Below, piece after piece: positions 6,841 through 15,484 of a stretch of 32,000 bases of DNA. The stretch covers positions 15,142 to 47,141 of the forward strand of contig BEHE01000015.1 in assembly GCA_002898395.1 (NCBI GenBank). Reading direction: 5' to 3'. The DNA comes from Candidatus Calditenuaceae archaeon HR02 (GTDB taxonomy: Archaea; Thermoproteota; Nitrososphaeria_A; Caldarchaeales; Calditenuaceae). Every line of letters starts with the position of its first letter. The stretch's first letter is position 1. A program made the position numbers and the translations under genes. Under the pieces are notes generated by a model. That model was not told the DNA's origin. It was given only the letters and a program-made list of their open reading frames with translations, and did not search any database.

Positions 6841-7374
6841 TTAACCACCGGGCCGAGGCTCAAGCCTTCCAAGGCTCAGTATCTGTGAGGGTCTGAGTAC
6901 TGAAATACCCGTGACGCCTCCGAGGACCTCGACCAGCACTATCCAGTCAGGATTCTCAAGGCTCACCCTCCGATCCACCCTAGCCGCTACCGCCTCAATC
7001 AATTCGCGGCTCGAGAGCTGTGTGTGCCGCTTCTCCACCACGACCTTGTACGTCGCATCAGGCGGTATCTTATCCTTAAGCAGGTCTACAGATGCAGCGA
7101 TCTCCTCCACCCTGCTCCGGGCCACAAGCTCGACCGGTATTAGCCGCATGATTCCTTCCACCTTGAACGGCTCCTTAGAGGCTATCTCCCTAGCCCTCTC
7201 GACCACTAGGAATGGATCGAGCCTAGTATATGCTGTCAAAACGCCTTGTATCCTAGTTATCTCTACTTTGGCGCTCTCGTCACCCATCTCGGCGAGGAGG
7301 CTGGAGAGGGTGGCTACACCCAAGACTTCTTGGCCTCTAAGGGTTGTTGCTATTAGGTTGAATGCGCTTGCCAT
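6841..7374 (-). CDS. THUMP domain protein (Tan1-like predicted RNA-binding protein)
   Basis: From Met25 of the track ORF the N-terminus reads MASAFNLIATTLRGQE, which is typical. Further THUMP-like segments are RLIPVE, YKVVVEKRHTQLSSRELIEAVA and SLENPDWIVLVEVLGGVTGISVL. The track ORF extends to 7446. Confidence 0.7.
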   Translation of the reverse strand: MASAFNLIATTLRGQEVLGVATLSSLLAEMGDESAKVEITRIQGVLTAYTRLDPFLVVERAREIASKEPFKVEGIMRLIPVELVARSRVEEIAASVDLLKDKIPPDATYKVVVEKRHTQLSSRELIEAVAARVDRRVSLENPDWIVLVEVLGGVTGISVLRPSQILSLGRLEPRPGG

Positions 7375-7508
7375 CCAGCTAGTTGAGGAGTGCGCAGTAA
7401 CAAAAACATCGCCCACCCCCTTAAAAGGAGTTGGCGGCCCACACACCCTTCACCATCCTCCACAAGAAGTAACTTTTATTATAGGAGGCCCACGCTGTTG
7501 TAGTTGAA

Positions 7509-8075
7509 ATGAGTGAGGAGTGGTGGCGTAGGAGGAGGTTCTTGAGACCTTTCGAATTCATTGACGAGATGATGAGAGAGTTTGAGCGCTGGTTTGAGGA
7601 GGAGTTTAGAAGGTTTGAGAGGGAATGGCCCAAGGAGCTGGTTAGAGAGGTTAGGACTCCGACTGGCGTGCGGAGGGAGATAGGCCCAATAGTCTATGGA
7701 TACTCAATAACGATAGGTCCTGATGGGCGACCAGTCGTCAGAGAGTTCGGAAACATAAGGCCGAGCAGGCGCGGAGAGCTCCCAGCCCTCACAGTAGAGA
7801 GGGAGCCGCTAGTCGACTTGATAGTTGAGGATGAACAGATAAAGGTGGTCGCCGAAGTTCCGGGCGTCAGGAAGGAAGACATCAAACTGACGGTGAGGGA
7901 CTCCAAACTCATCATCAGGGTGGATACCGAGACTAGGAAGTACTATAAGGAGCTGGATCTGCCCGAGGAGGTTGAGCCCGAGAAGGCCAAAGCCACCTAC
8001 AACAACGGAGTCCTCGAGGTGGTGTTGCCGAAGAAGGGTGGCGGCCCCCCGCCGAGGACTATTAAGGTCGAATAA
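7509..8075 (+). CDS. hsp20: Small heat-shock protein, Hsp20/alpha-crystallin family
   Basis: Alpha-crystallin domain: VDLIVEDEQIKVVAEVPGVRKEDIKLTV ... AKATYNNGVLEVVLPKK. A TATA CTTTTATTATAGG lies about 25 nt upstream. Confidence 0.9.
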   Translation: MSEEWWRRRRFLRPFEFIDEMMREFERWFEEEFRRFEREWPKELVREVRTPTGVRREIGPIVYGYSITIGPDGRPVVREFGNIRPSRRGELPALTVEREPLVDLIVEDEQIKVVAEVPGVRKEDIKLTVRDSKLIIRVDTETRKYYKELDLPEEVEPEKAKATYNNGVLEVVLPKKGGGPPPRTIKVE

Positions 8076-8092
8076 CCAGCACCGAAGTGCAA

Positions 8093-8098
8093 TTTTTT
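8093..8098 (+). terminator. Oligo-T (T6) terminator candidate after hsp20
   Basis: AATTTTTTGT lies 18 nt after the TAA stop. Confidence 0.5.
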
Positions 8099-8099
8099 G

Positions 8100-8119
8100 T
8101 TATTCTAGTTTATTCTAGT
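8100..8119. repeat. Perfect tandem duplication of a 10-bp unit (TTATTCTAGT x2)
   Basis: Read directly from the sequence. The second copy supplies the TAG stop (8115-8117, - strand) of the 8115..8441 gene. Confidence 0.7.
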
Positions 8120-8441
8120 CTGGCCAGCTCCAGTACTTGTAGAGTATGTAGGCTTCTCCGCGCTTGAAGAATCTGTGTTTTACCTCGCTAAACCTGAACC
8201 TCCATGCTTCGGGGCTCGGATTCATTCTTTCAGCCCCCTCCACCTCGACTATCTTGAAGCCTATGATGTCGCCGATCTTTGAGCCGTAGGGGTGGGCGGC
8301 ATTCCTCATTCGCGTGTCTATCAGATATGATGCGACGTTTTCGGCCTCCTCCCTCGTTTGCAGCCCGCCACTTAGTCCAAGCTCCTCTTGGGCTACCCAG
8401 CCCCTACCCTGGACGAAGAATTCTATGACATATAGACCCAT
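8115..8441 (-). CDS. Hypothetical cytosolic protein (108 aa)
   Basis: The ORF lies 6 nt downstream of 8448..8927 on the same strand, so they probably form an operon. No family recognised. Confidence 0.55.
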   Translation of the reverse strand: MGLYVIEFFVQGRGWVAQEELGLSGGLQTREEAENVASYLIDTRMRNAAHPYGSKIGDIIGFKIVEVEGAERMNPSPEAWRFRFSEVKHRFFKRGEAYILYKYWSWPD

Positions 8442-8447
8442 GAGCCT

Positions 8448-8927
8448 TCACCCGTGGCTTCTAGGCCCCATCCTCCTTATTGAGACCTCGTTTATGATGC
8501 TTGTGGCTGCGAGCGCGGCTAGTAGAGTCGCGCCACCTGTTTCCACAATTGGCTGCTGGCCGGGGTAGACCAGGTGCACTATAGTCAGGGCTGCGCCTAA
8601 TCCGGCTGCTGATAGGTTTCCTAGCGTCGAAGATGTGAGGGAGAGCGTTAATGCGGCGAGGGGCGCTATTATGGGTAGGGGCCAGGGGAGAAGCCGAGCT
8701 ACAGCTGTGCTCGGATTGAAGATTGTGAGGAGGAGATAGGCCCCGGCAAGTATTGGGGGAACATATCCTAGGAAAGGAGGCCTAGCCCTCTTCTCCTCAC
8801 TAGCCACGATGACCAGGGTGAATCCGCTTCTACACGAGGGACACTCGGCCTTCCATGCCTGGAGGTAGACTTCATGTCCACAGTTGGTGCATCTAAAGAG
8901 TCGAAGCTTCTTGTCCACGAAATCCAC
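8448..8927 (-). CDS. Zinc-ribbon (CxxC...CxxC) membrane protein, about 3 TM helices
   Basis: N-terminal CTNCGHEVYLQAWKAECPSCRS followed by hydrophobic helices. The start is GTG 8927 or GTG 8918. Confidence 0.6.
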   Translation of the reverse strand: MDFVDKKLRLFRCTNCGHEVYLQAWKAECPSCRSGFTLVIVASEEKRARPPFLGYVPPILAGAYLLLTIFNPSTAVARLLPWPLPIIAPLAALTLSLTSSTLGNLSAAGLGAALTIVHLVYPGQQPIVETGGATLLAALAATSIINEVSIRRMGPRSHG

Positions 8928-8942
8928 GTGTTGCGCTCATGC

Positions 8943-8952
8943 ATATATATTT
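8943..8952. promoter_or_regulatory. Single palindromic TATA element (ATATATATTT) shared by divergent genes
   Basis: It is centred about 27 nt from ATG 8975 (trxB) and about 27-29 nt from GTG 8918 on the opposite strand. Confidence 0.5.
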
Positions 8953-8974
8953 GTGCGGCGCAACTAATCCTGTG

Positions 8975-9994
8975 ATGGGTTTAGAGACTGCTGATAGCTT
9001 ATACGATATAGTCATAATCGGTTCTGGGCCCGCGGGATATACTGCAGGCATATACGCCGCTAGGGCTAACCTCAAGACGGTTATAATAGCAGGAGTCACG
9101 CCGGGTGGGCAGCTCATGCTGACTGGTGTGGTCGAGAATTTTCCGGGATTCCCCGATGGAGTTCAGGGGCCTGACTTAATGGAGAATATGCGGAGGCAGG
9201 CAGAGAGCGCTGGCGTAGAGATAGTCTATGACGACGCGGTGGACGTAGACTTCACCGCCTATCCGAGGAGGATAATAACCTCTGACAGGACCTTCCTCGC
9301 TAAGACAGTGATAATAGCTACTGGCGCCTCGCCTAAATGGCTTGGGCTCGAGTCTGAGAGGCGTTTACTCGGGCGCGGCGTATCTAGCTGTGCGACATGT
9401 GATGGCCCGCTATTCAAAGGTGCAAGGTGCGCCGTCGTTGTTGGTGGCGGAGACTCTGCCATGGAGTATGCCCTCTTCCTATCCAAGCTGGTTGAGAAGG
9501 TGGTTGTCGTCCATCGAAGGGATAAGCTCCGGGCGTCGAAGATTATGCAGGATAGGGTCTTCTCGGAGCCGAAGATAGAGTTTGTGTGGAATAGCGTTGT
9601 CGTGGATGTGCTTGGGAGTGAGAGGGTTGAGGGCGTCAAAGTCAGGAATAGGCTGACTGGTGAGGAGTGGATTATACCCTGCAGCGCGGTGTTCGTCGCA
9701 ATAGGACACGCGCCGAATACAGAGTTTTTGCGAGGCAAGCTGGAGCTCGATGAGGAGGGATATATTAAGGTGAATAGCAGCCTAGAGACCAGTGTTAGAG
9801 GCGTCTTCGCTGCGGGCGATGTCCACGACAAGCGGTATAGGCAGGCGATAACTGCTGCAGGGTTTGGATGCATGGCGGCGATGGAGGCGATAAGGTTCAT
9901 CGAGGAGGGGTATCCGGAGAGGCTTGAGCAAGAGTATCGCGCTGGTCACCCAGAGGTGGTTTCTGGGCCTACGGACCCCTCAGAGAACTTTTAG
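8975..9994 (+). CDS. trxB: Thioredoxin-disulfide reductase
   Basis: GSGPAGYTAGIYAARA FAD loop, CATCDG redox centre, GGGDSAMEYALFL NADPH loop, and GDV.D. The track ORF starts at 8939, but ATG 8975 fits the TATA spacing. Confidence 0.9.
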   Translation: MGLETADSLYDIVIIGSGPAGYTAGIYAARANLKTVIIAGVTPGGQLMLTGVVENFPGFPDGVQGPDLMENMRRQAESAGVEIVYDDAVDVDFTAYPRRIITSDRTFLAKTVIIATGASPKWLGLESERRLLGRGVSSCATCDGPLFKGARCAVVVGGGDSAMEYALFLSKLVEKVVVVHRRDKLRASKIMQDRVFSEPKIEFVWNSVVVDVLGSERVEGVKVRNRLTGEEWIIPCSAVFVAIGHAPNTEFLRGKLELDEEGYIKVNSSLETSVRGVFAAGDVHDKRYRQAITAAGFGCMAAMEAIRFIEEGYPERLEQEYRAGHPEVVSGPTDPSENF

Positions 9995-10598
9995 AGACCT
10001 TGTGCGCCTCCTGCAGGGGAATTAGCAGGCCGATCCCCAGAGAGTCAACCAGCATGACGATAGACTCGACATCAACCATGTGTCCCACGCTAACATAGTA
10101 TTTCCGCCCACCCCTCCCTCTGAGAACCACTCCTACCCGCTCACCGCCGGCCTCGAGATATTCCACACCATCCTCAACCCTGGTCTCGCCGTAGAGAAGC
10201 GATTTCGCAACACCCACTGACGGAGTGTCTGCAAGTAGGCCGACAATGCTTGCTAGGCCCGCCTTCCTGGGATGGGCCAGGCCATGCCCATCCACTAGGA
10301 GTAGGTGTGGCCTAGCTGATAGCCTCTTGGTGGCAGCTAGCATTAGTGGGGCTTCACGGGCATAGAGCAGGCCGGGGATATAGGGGAAGGGTATGCCTCC
10401 GCAGAATGTAACTGTCTCTATCACCCGCCGCCCAGTCCTAGACCATAGGACTGCCGCGGCTGCGCCTTCCTCTCCGCTGTAGGAGACGTCGAGGCCGCAC
10501 AATGTCTCAACACTTTCAACCTTAAGTCGTGTGACCCGTATCTGTCTTGCTAAGAGCAGTTGGATTCCCTTGAAGAAGTCGACCATATGGGATGTCAA
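9969..10598 (-). CDS. nfi: Endonuclease V
   Basis: GLDVSY, PYIPGLLYAREAP and VDGHGLAHPRKAGLASIVG motifs. An alternative start is ATG 10586. Confidence 0.85.
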   Translation of the reverse strand: MTSHMVDFFKGIQLLLARQIRVTRLKVESVETLCGLDVSYSGEEGAAAAVLWSRTGRRVIETVTFCGGIPFPYIPGLLYAREAPLMLAATKRLSARPHLLLVDGHGLAHPRKAGLASIVGLLADTPSVGVAKSLLYGETRVEDGVEYLEAGGERVGVVLRGRGGRKYYVSVGHMVDVESIVMLVDSLGIGLLIPLQEAHKVSKSSLRGP

Positions 10599-10660
10599 TC
10601 CAGGTAGAGTGATGCAGTATTGGCGGATATATGTATGGGCTGTGCCGTCGGATGGTTGTA

Positions 10661-11875
10661 TTAACGCTTTGCGGATAGCGGCTCAACAGCGCGGCTATTC
10701 TCTAGCACCATCTCTATCGACTTTGAGAGATCGGCGAGGCTCCTCGCCCTAGCCACTACCCCTTTCACTTCTGCTGGGCCTAGCACGATGAGTGGAATAC
10801 CTTGCTGGGCTATCGTCTCGGCGAGTATGTGGTTCGCTGAGTTTAAGGGGCCTATTGGTGGAGAGGTGTAGATTGCGGCTGCGCAGTCTCGCGACTCTTC
10901 AAGCGCTCGACGCACGCTCTCTGGGCTGATGGGCTGGAATGCCTGTTCAGTAATCACCACACCTCCGAGGAGAGACGCGACATAGTAGTCTATGTCGCCC
11001 TCATGCAGTACTCCTGTTGAGAACTGATAGCCTAGCCTGGCGAGCATCCTGTAGACCAGAGAGCCACTCCCACCGCCCGCCACGATGAATAGTCTCGGGC
11101 CGCCCTCTATCCTTGGTCTGAACTCAACCGACATGAGCTCTGGAGAGAAAGTGGACTCGCCGTCGAGGCCGTAGAGATGGATGGGGCCGCCCAGGGCCAC
11201 GAACTCCTCGGGCGAGTCGTAGAGCGCGACTCTGCCCCCCGAGACTACTATGAGGCGGTCGGCCATTCTGAGGGCTAGCTCGACCTCGTGGAGTGAGGCA
11301 ATTACTGCTATTCCTCTCTCCCTGGCAACCCGCTTAACCGTGAGCAGTATCTCCACCCTCGCCTTCGGGTCTAGATAGGTTACGGGCTCATCGAGTATGA
11401 GGACGCGGGGCTCCTGAGCCAGGGCCCTCGCTATCATCACCTTCTGCCTCTGCCCGTCACTAAGCTCGCTTAGCCGCCTAGAGGACAGGTGTGTTATGCC
11501 CGCGTCGGCTAGGGCCCTCCAGACCTCGCTCCTATCCCTCCCCGTTAGAGTATGCATGGGGTTGGTGTAGGGGTATCTGCCAAGTGAGACGACCTCGAAG
11601 ACCGTGAGCTGCGTCGGCCGCGGCTGCTCTGTGAGAACGGAGCCCACGAGGCGGGCAATCTCTCTTGCAGCCATCCTCGAGGTGGTGGTCCCAGAGATGT
11701 ATACTACGCCGCCCAGCGGCTTTAACAGGTTGGCGAGGGTTTTCAGGAGTGTAGTCTTCCCCGCTGCGTTCGGGCCTATGACCGCGACAAACTCGCCGCG
11801 CCTAACCGAGAGGTTGACACCCGCGATGACAGGCCTCCCCCCATACCCCGCTGAGAGGTCTACAGCCTCGATCAA
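10661..11875 (-). CDS. ABC transporter ATP-binding protein (Fe3+-siderophore/cobalamin type) with an extra C-terminal domain of about 150 aa
   Basis: Walker A GPNAAGKTT, signature LSDGQRQ, Walker B LILDEP, and H-loop SLHEV. Residues about 255-404 form an additional Rossmann-like domain (FIVAGGGSGS...). Confidence 0.9.
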   Translation of the reverse strand: MIEAVDLSAGYGGRPVIAGVNLSVRRGEFVAVIGPNAAGKTTLLKTLANLLKPLGGVVYISGTTTSRMAAREIARLVGSVLTEQPRPTQLTVFEVVSLGRYPYTNPMHTLTGRDRSEVWRALADAGITHLSSRRLSELSDGQRQKVMIARALAQEPRVLILDEPVTYLDPKARVEILLTVKRVARERGIAVIASLHEVELALRMADRLIVVSGGRVALYDSPEEFVALGGPIHLYGLDGESTFSPELMSVEFRPRIEGGPRLFIVAGGGSGSLVYRMLARLGYQFSTGVLHEGDIDYYVASLLGGVVITEQAFQPISPESVRRALEESRDCAAAIYTSPPIGPLNSANHILAETIAQQGIPLIVLGPAEVKGVVARARSLADLSKSIEMVLENSRAVEPLSAKR

Positions 11876-12939
11876 ACCTGAACTCCCCTCCCCCTGAGGA
11901 GTAGGTAAATCACAAGAGGTGCGCCGAAGAGCGCTGTTACCGCTGTGATGGGTATCTCTATGGGCTTAAGGGCTAGGCGTGAGATCAGGTCTGCTGCTGT
12001 AGCCAGGGTTGAGCCGAGGAGGGCTGATGCGGGAATAATTGTGAAGTGGTTTGAGGTTCGCGTGAGCTGCCGGGCCAGGTAGGGTGCTGAGAGGCCTATG
12101 AAGCCCACTGAGCCTGCTATGGTCGTAACGATTGAGACTGGCAGGGCCGCTGCAGCGACTATCAGCATCCTCGCCCTATTCAGGTTCATCCCCATACTCC
12201 TCGCATAGTCCTCGCCAAGGAGCAGGGCATTCAAGGGCTTGCAGAGGAACACCATCGCAGCAAGAAATATGAGAAGGAATGGTAGGCCTAGGCCTAAGAT
12301 GCTCCACCTAGCACCCGAGAAGCTACCCATAACCCAATAGGTGAAGGCACGTAGCTTTTCGATGTCGGCGAAGACCTGAAGTATGCTTGTCACTGCATAT
12401 GCGAGGTATGAGAACATTATCCCCGCAACTAGTATAGTTGTGGTAGTCCGCACAACTCCGGAAAGCACTATCATGACTATGACGACTACGAGGGCTCCGA
12501 TGAAGGCGGCCGTGTAGAGGGAGTAGGGGTTTGTAGGTGTCCAGAGGCCAAGCGTGGCTCCAGTGAGGATTGAGAGGGCGAGGAAGAGGCTTGAGCCAGC
12601 CGAGACGCCCAATATGTATGGGTCTGCCAGCGGGTTTCTGAAGAGGGCTTGAAGTATTGCGCCGGCGACGCCTAGGGAGGCTCCACCAAGCATCGCAGCT
12701 AGAGTCCTGGGAAGCCTGATGGATTCGACAATGAGCGCAGCCTCGCCTCTCCCCCCTCCAGATAGGGCGGCCAACGCGTCCCATGGTTGAATCGCGTAGC
12801 CGCCGAGAACTATGGAGACTATGAATAGTGGTGCAATTGGTAGGCTGAGTAGGAGCAGTACACACCTGCTCCGCGGGGACTTATACTCGGCCTCTGCACC
12901 CAGCTCCGTCAAAGCCTCGCCTCTCAGCAGCCTCACCAC
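11872..12939 (-). CDS. FecCD/BtuC-family ABC permease
   Basis: Roughly 9-10 TM helices and the RNPLADPYILGVSAGSS segment typical of FecCD. It overlaps the ATPase gene by 4 nt. Confidence 0.9.
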   Translation of the reverse strand: MVRLLRGEALTELGAEAEYKSPRSRCVLLLLSLPIAPLFIVSIVLGGYAIQPWDALAALSGGGRGEAALIVESIRLPRTLAAMLGGASLGVAGAILQALFRNPLADPYILGVSAGSSLFLALSILTGATLGLWTPTNPYSLYTAAFIGALVVVIVMIVLSGVVRTTTTILVAGIMFSYLAYAVTSILQVFADIEKLRAFTYWVMGSFSGARWSILGLGLPFLLIFLAAMVFLCKPLNALLLGEDYARSMGMNLNRARMLIVAAAALPVSIVTTIAGSVGFIGLSAPYLARQLTRTSNHFTIIPASALLGSTLATAADLISRLALKPIEIPITAVTALFGAPLVIYLLLRGRGVQV

Positions 12940-12942
12940 GCC

Positions 12943-14235
12943 TCAGCCTCCCAGCTTCACGAAGTATTTCGCCTCTCCGCCCGGGTAGAGGTTTGGGTAG
13001 AGTATGGTTGCGAGGCCCCTGACCCAGCCCTCAGTGTCGTAGTATCCCAGCTGGTATATGGTAGGAGAGTAGGCGTAGACCCTGCCCTCCTTGAAGGCCT
13101 TGAGCTCCTTTAGCTCAGGAGCCTCGGACAGGATGTCCGAGAGAGACGAGACGAAGCTGGTTGGATAGACTACGACGTCTGCGTCCCTGCACCTTGAGAG
13201 CACCTCCTCGATATTGACTGTAACGCTGCCGGTCGACTTTATGTCAGAGAAAGCATACCTGGCACCAAGCATTCTCAGCGCATTGGCTGGGAAGGACTCT
13301 CCCCCAGCAACGTAAACGGTGCCCCTGTATACCATGAGCCAGCACACTAGTGGGGAGTTAAGCCTAGACCTCTGAATATCGCTGACGACCACGCCAACCC
13401 CCCTCTCAACCTCCGAGAATATTCGATATGCTTCCTCATCTAGTTCAAAGAATGTTGCTATCAGCTTAATCCACTCGAAGCGGCCGAGCGGGTTTGTCTC
13501 CAAGTATTCGTTGTCCACCACGTAGGGTATTTTGAGCTCGCCGAGCCTCTGGGGGAGGTCTGAGCCGGGGAAAGTGTATATGACAACAAGGTCTGGCTTG
13601 AGGGCTATGAGCTCTTCCAAGCTGGGCGAGTAGTCTGGACCCACATCCTTTATCACGCCCTTCTCAAGCCGCTCCGCCACCTCCTCAAAATACCACTCAT
13701 ACTGTTTTCCCCACATGATGCCAACCACCCTGTCAAGTATCCACGGCGCAAATTCCCTGAGCCGCTCAATCAGCGCCACCTGAGTGGCAGACATGAGCAC
13801 AACTCTCTCTACAGGTGTGTAGACAATGATGCCGCTTATGCCTGATGGCGGCTCACGGCCACGTGGCACCAGTATGAGCGTCCTGTTCAGGGCGTCTTTC
13901 ACAACCTTATACCCGTCAAAGAATTTTATACTGAACAGTTTAGAATACTTGACCTCAAGCTCGAGCGGGAGGCTGGGAGCCTGTGTGACAGTCTCGGTCA
14001 GCCCAAGAGTAGTAGTTATAGTCCCCGTGACCGTCCTCTCGCTAGAGATCAGCACGGTATAGATGTCGGTCTTCATGCTGACTCTAGTCTCTGTGACCGT
14101 GAGGCTTGTGGTTCGCGGTGGGATTATTGGTGTAAGAGCGGCGGTCGCAATGCCGGCTATGAAGCCTGAAATGATGAAAAGTGCGGCGAGTATGGATATG
14201 GTTTTGCGCCCCGATGACATGGATGGATATTCCAT
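12943..14235 (-). CDS. Membrane-anchored periplasmic-binding-protein-type (FhuD/BtuF-like) substrate-binding protein
   Basis: N-terminal TM anchor, a Thr-rich linker, then a class III SBP-like body (LKPDLVVIYTF, VVYPTS). Confidence 0.8.
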   Translation of the reverse strand: MEYPSMSSGRKTISILAALFIISGFIAGIATAALTPIIPPRTTSLTVTETRVSMKTDIYTVLISSERTVTGTITTTLGLTETVTQAPSLPLELEVKYSKLFSIKFFDGYKVVKDALNRTLILVPRGREPPSGISGIIVYTPVERVVLMSATQVALIERLREFAPWILDRVVGIMWGKQYEWYFEEVAERLEKGVIKDVGPDYSPSLEELIALKPDLVVIYTFPGSDLPQRLGELKIPYVVDNEYLETNPLGRFEWIKLIATFFELDEEAYRIFSEVERGVGVVVSDIQRSRLNSPLVCWLMVYRGTVYVAGGESFPANALRMLGARYAFSDIKSTGSVTVNIEEVLSRCRDADVVVYPTSFVSSLSDILSEAPELKELKAFKEGRVYAYSPTIYQLGYYDTEGWVRGLATILYPNLYPGGEAKYFVKLGG

Positions 14236-14259
14236 CCAACGAAATATAAATCTATTTTC

Positions 14260-14475
14260 TCAAACACCCTGCGAGCCACCCCTAACCCGCTCCCTAAGCC
14301 TCTCAACCTCCCTACGGACCCTCTCAAGCCTCGCCTCCAACCGCGAAACCCTATCATCATCTATGAACTCGCCAAGAACCCTCTCAGCACGCTCCAGATC
14401 CTCAGGCGCAGCAGATATAATCCTTGGGGGGCGGCCGCCTCTGAGTAGCCGTGAAAGCCATTTGAGGACCGGCAT
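14260..14475 (-). CDS. Possible small coiled-coil protein (71 aa) upstream of the ABC operon
   Basis: An Arg/Glu heptad-like ORF (LEARLERVRREVERLRERV) lies 24 nt upstream of the SBP gene. Chance ORFs of this size are common at this GC content. Confidence 0.3.
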   Translation of the reverse strand: MPVLKWLSRLLRGGRPPRIISAAPEDLERAERVLGEFIDDDRVSRLEARLERVRREVERLRERVRGGSQGV

Positions 14476-14580
14476 AGGAACTCCGCCTCCAGTTCAGATT
14501 CATGACGGCCCTCAAGCACTATTAAAATTGGGCACACGGCGCATGGGCCTGGCTAGCCCTGGGAAATACCCCGCGGTCTA

Positions 14581-15336
14581 GTGTGTCCTTGCGCGGGTGG
14601 CAAGCTTATGGGCTGGCTTAGTGGCTTGCTTCTAGAGGTATGGGAGGGATTGGAGGCAGACAGGGGTCTCGAGTCTGTAATCAGGCTGGCTGTTGAGAGG
14701 GTTACTGGCCTCGGCCGCCGAATCGTGCTGGGGCTTGGTAGCGGGAGGACGTCAGCAGCCTTCATCAAGTCTCTGGCCACAGCTGCTGGTGCGCGGATTA
14801 TCGAGGCAGTTGTCCCGACATCTATGCAGGCTGAGGCGGCCGCCTCTGAAAACGGCTTCAGGATAGGGAGCCTCTACAACTACGGGGGAGTAGACATCTA
14901 CGTAGACAGCTTCGACCAGTGCAGCCTCTCGGGCGACCTAGTTAAGGGGATAGGCGGGGCCCTCGCCAGGGAGAAGCTCTTGATGAGGCTGGCCGGCTCT
15001 GTGCTCCTGATAGGGACTGAGGAAAAACTCGCCGAGAAGCTGTCTTCGCCGATACCGCTCGAGGTCCTACCATACGCAGCCCCCGCACTCCCAAGACTGT
15101 TGAGAGACAGGGGATGGAGTGTAAGGCCCAAGACCGGCGAGGGGAAGGCTGGACCAGTCATAACAGATAATGGAAACGTCTTGATGCTTGTTGAGGTTGG
15201 TGTCGTGGAGGACCCACCGTTTATTGAGAGGGAGTTGAAGATGACACCTGGCGTCATCGAGGCTGGAGTCTTCCCAAACAGGGGCTACAAGGTCATTGTC
15301 GGGATGAGGGATGGCACAATCAGGGAGATAACATAG
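14581..15336 (+). CDS. rpiA: Ribose-5-phosphate isomerase A
   Basis: LGLGSGRTSAAFI, DSFDQ, KGIGGALAREKL, PLEVLPYA, TDNGNVL and PGVIEAGVF motifs. The start may be ATG 14608. Confidence 0.85.
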   Translation: MCPCAGGKLMGWLSGLLLEVWEGLEADRGLESVIRLAVERVTGLGRRIVLGLGSGRTSAAFIKSLATAAGARIIEAVVPTSMQAEAAASENGFRIGSLYNYGGVDIYVDSFDQCSLSGDLVKGIGGALAREKLLMRLAGSVLLIGTEEKLAEKLSSPIPLEVLPYAAPALPRLLRDRGWSVRPKTGEGKAGPVITDNGNVLMLVEVGVVEDPPFIERELKMTPGVIEAGVFPNRGYKVIVGMRDGTIREIT

Positions 15337-15484
15337 GCGGCTCCGCCCCCCGCAGCAGGGCGCCTCTCCGAATCCCCCACACAGCCCCAGTAAGGACTGT
15401 TAAAACGGTTAGGAACAATCGCGAACCAGGATACGGGAAATTCTAATCTAGGAAGGCTTTTACCCCGCATACTAGCAGTACGCG

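Noticed and set aside
6911-7507. 198-aa + strand ORF
   Set aside because: It is antisense to the THUMP gene and is a Ser/Thr/Leu-rich shadow ORF.
9259-9900. 213-aa - strand ORF
   Set aside because: It is antisense to trxB, whose FAD, NADPH and CATC motifs are unambiguous.
12323-12865. 180-aa - strand ORF inside the FecCD permease gene
   Set aside because: It is an alternative frame of a clear multi-TM permease, and its Arg/His/Pro-rich composition is not protein-like.
14063-14581. 172-aa + strand ORF
   Set aside because: It is antisense to the SBP gene start and to the 71-aa ORF, and it is a Ser/Arg/Leu-rich shadow ORF.
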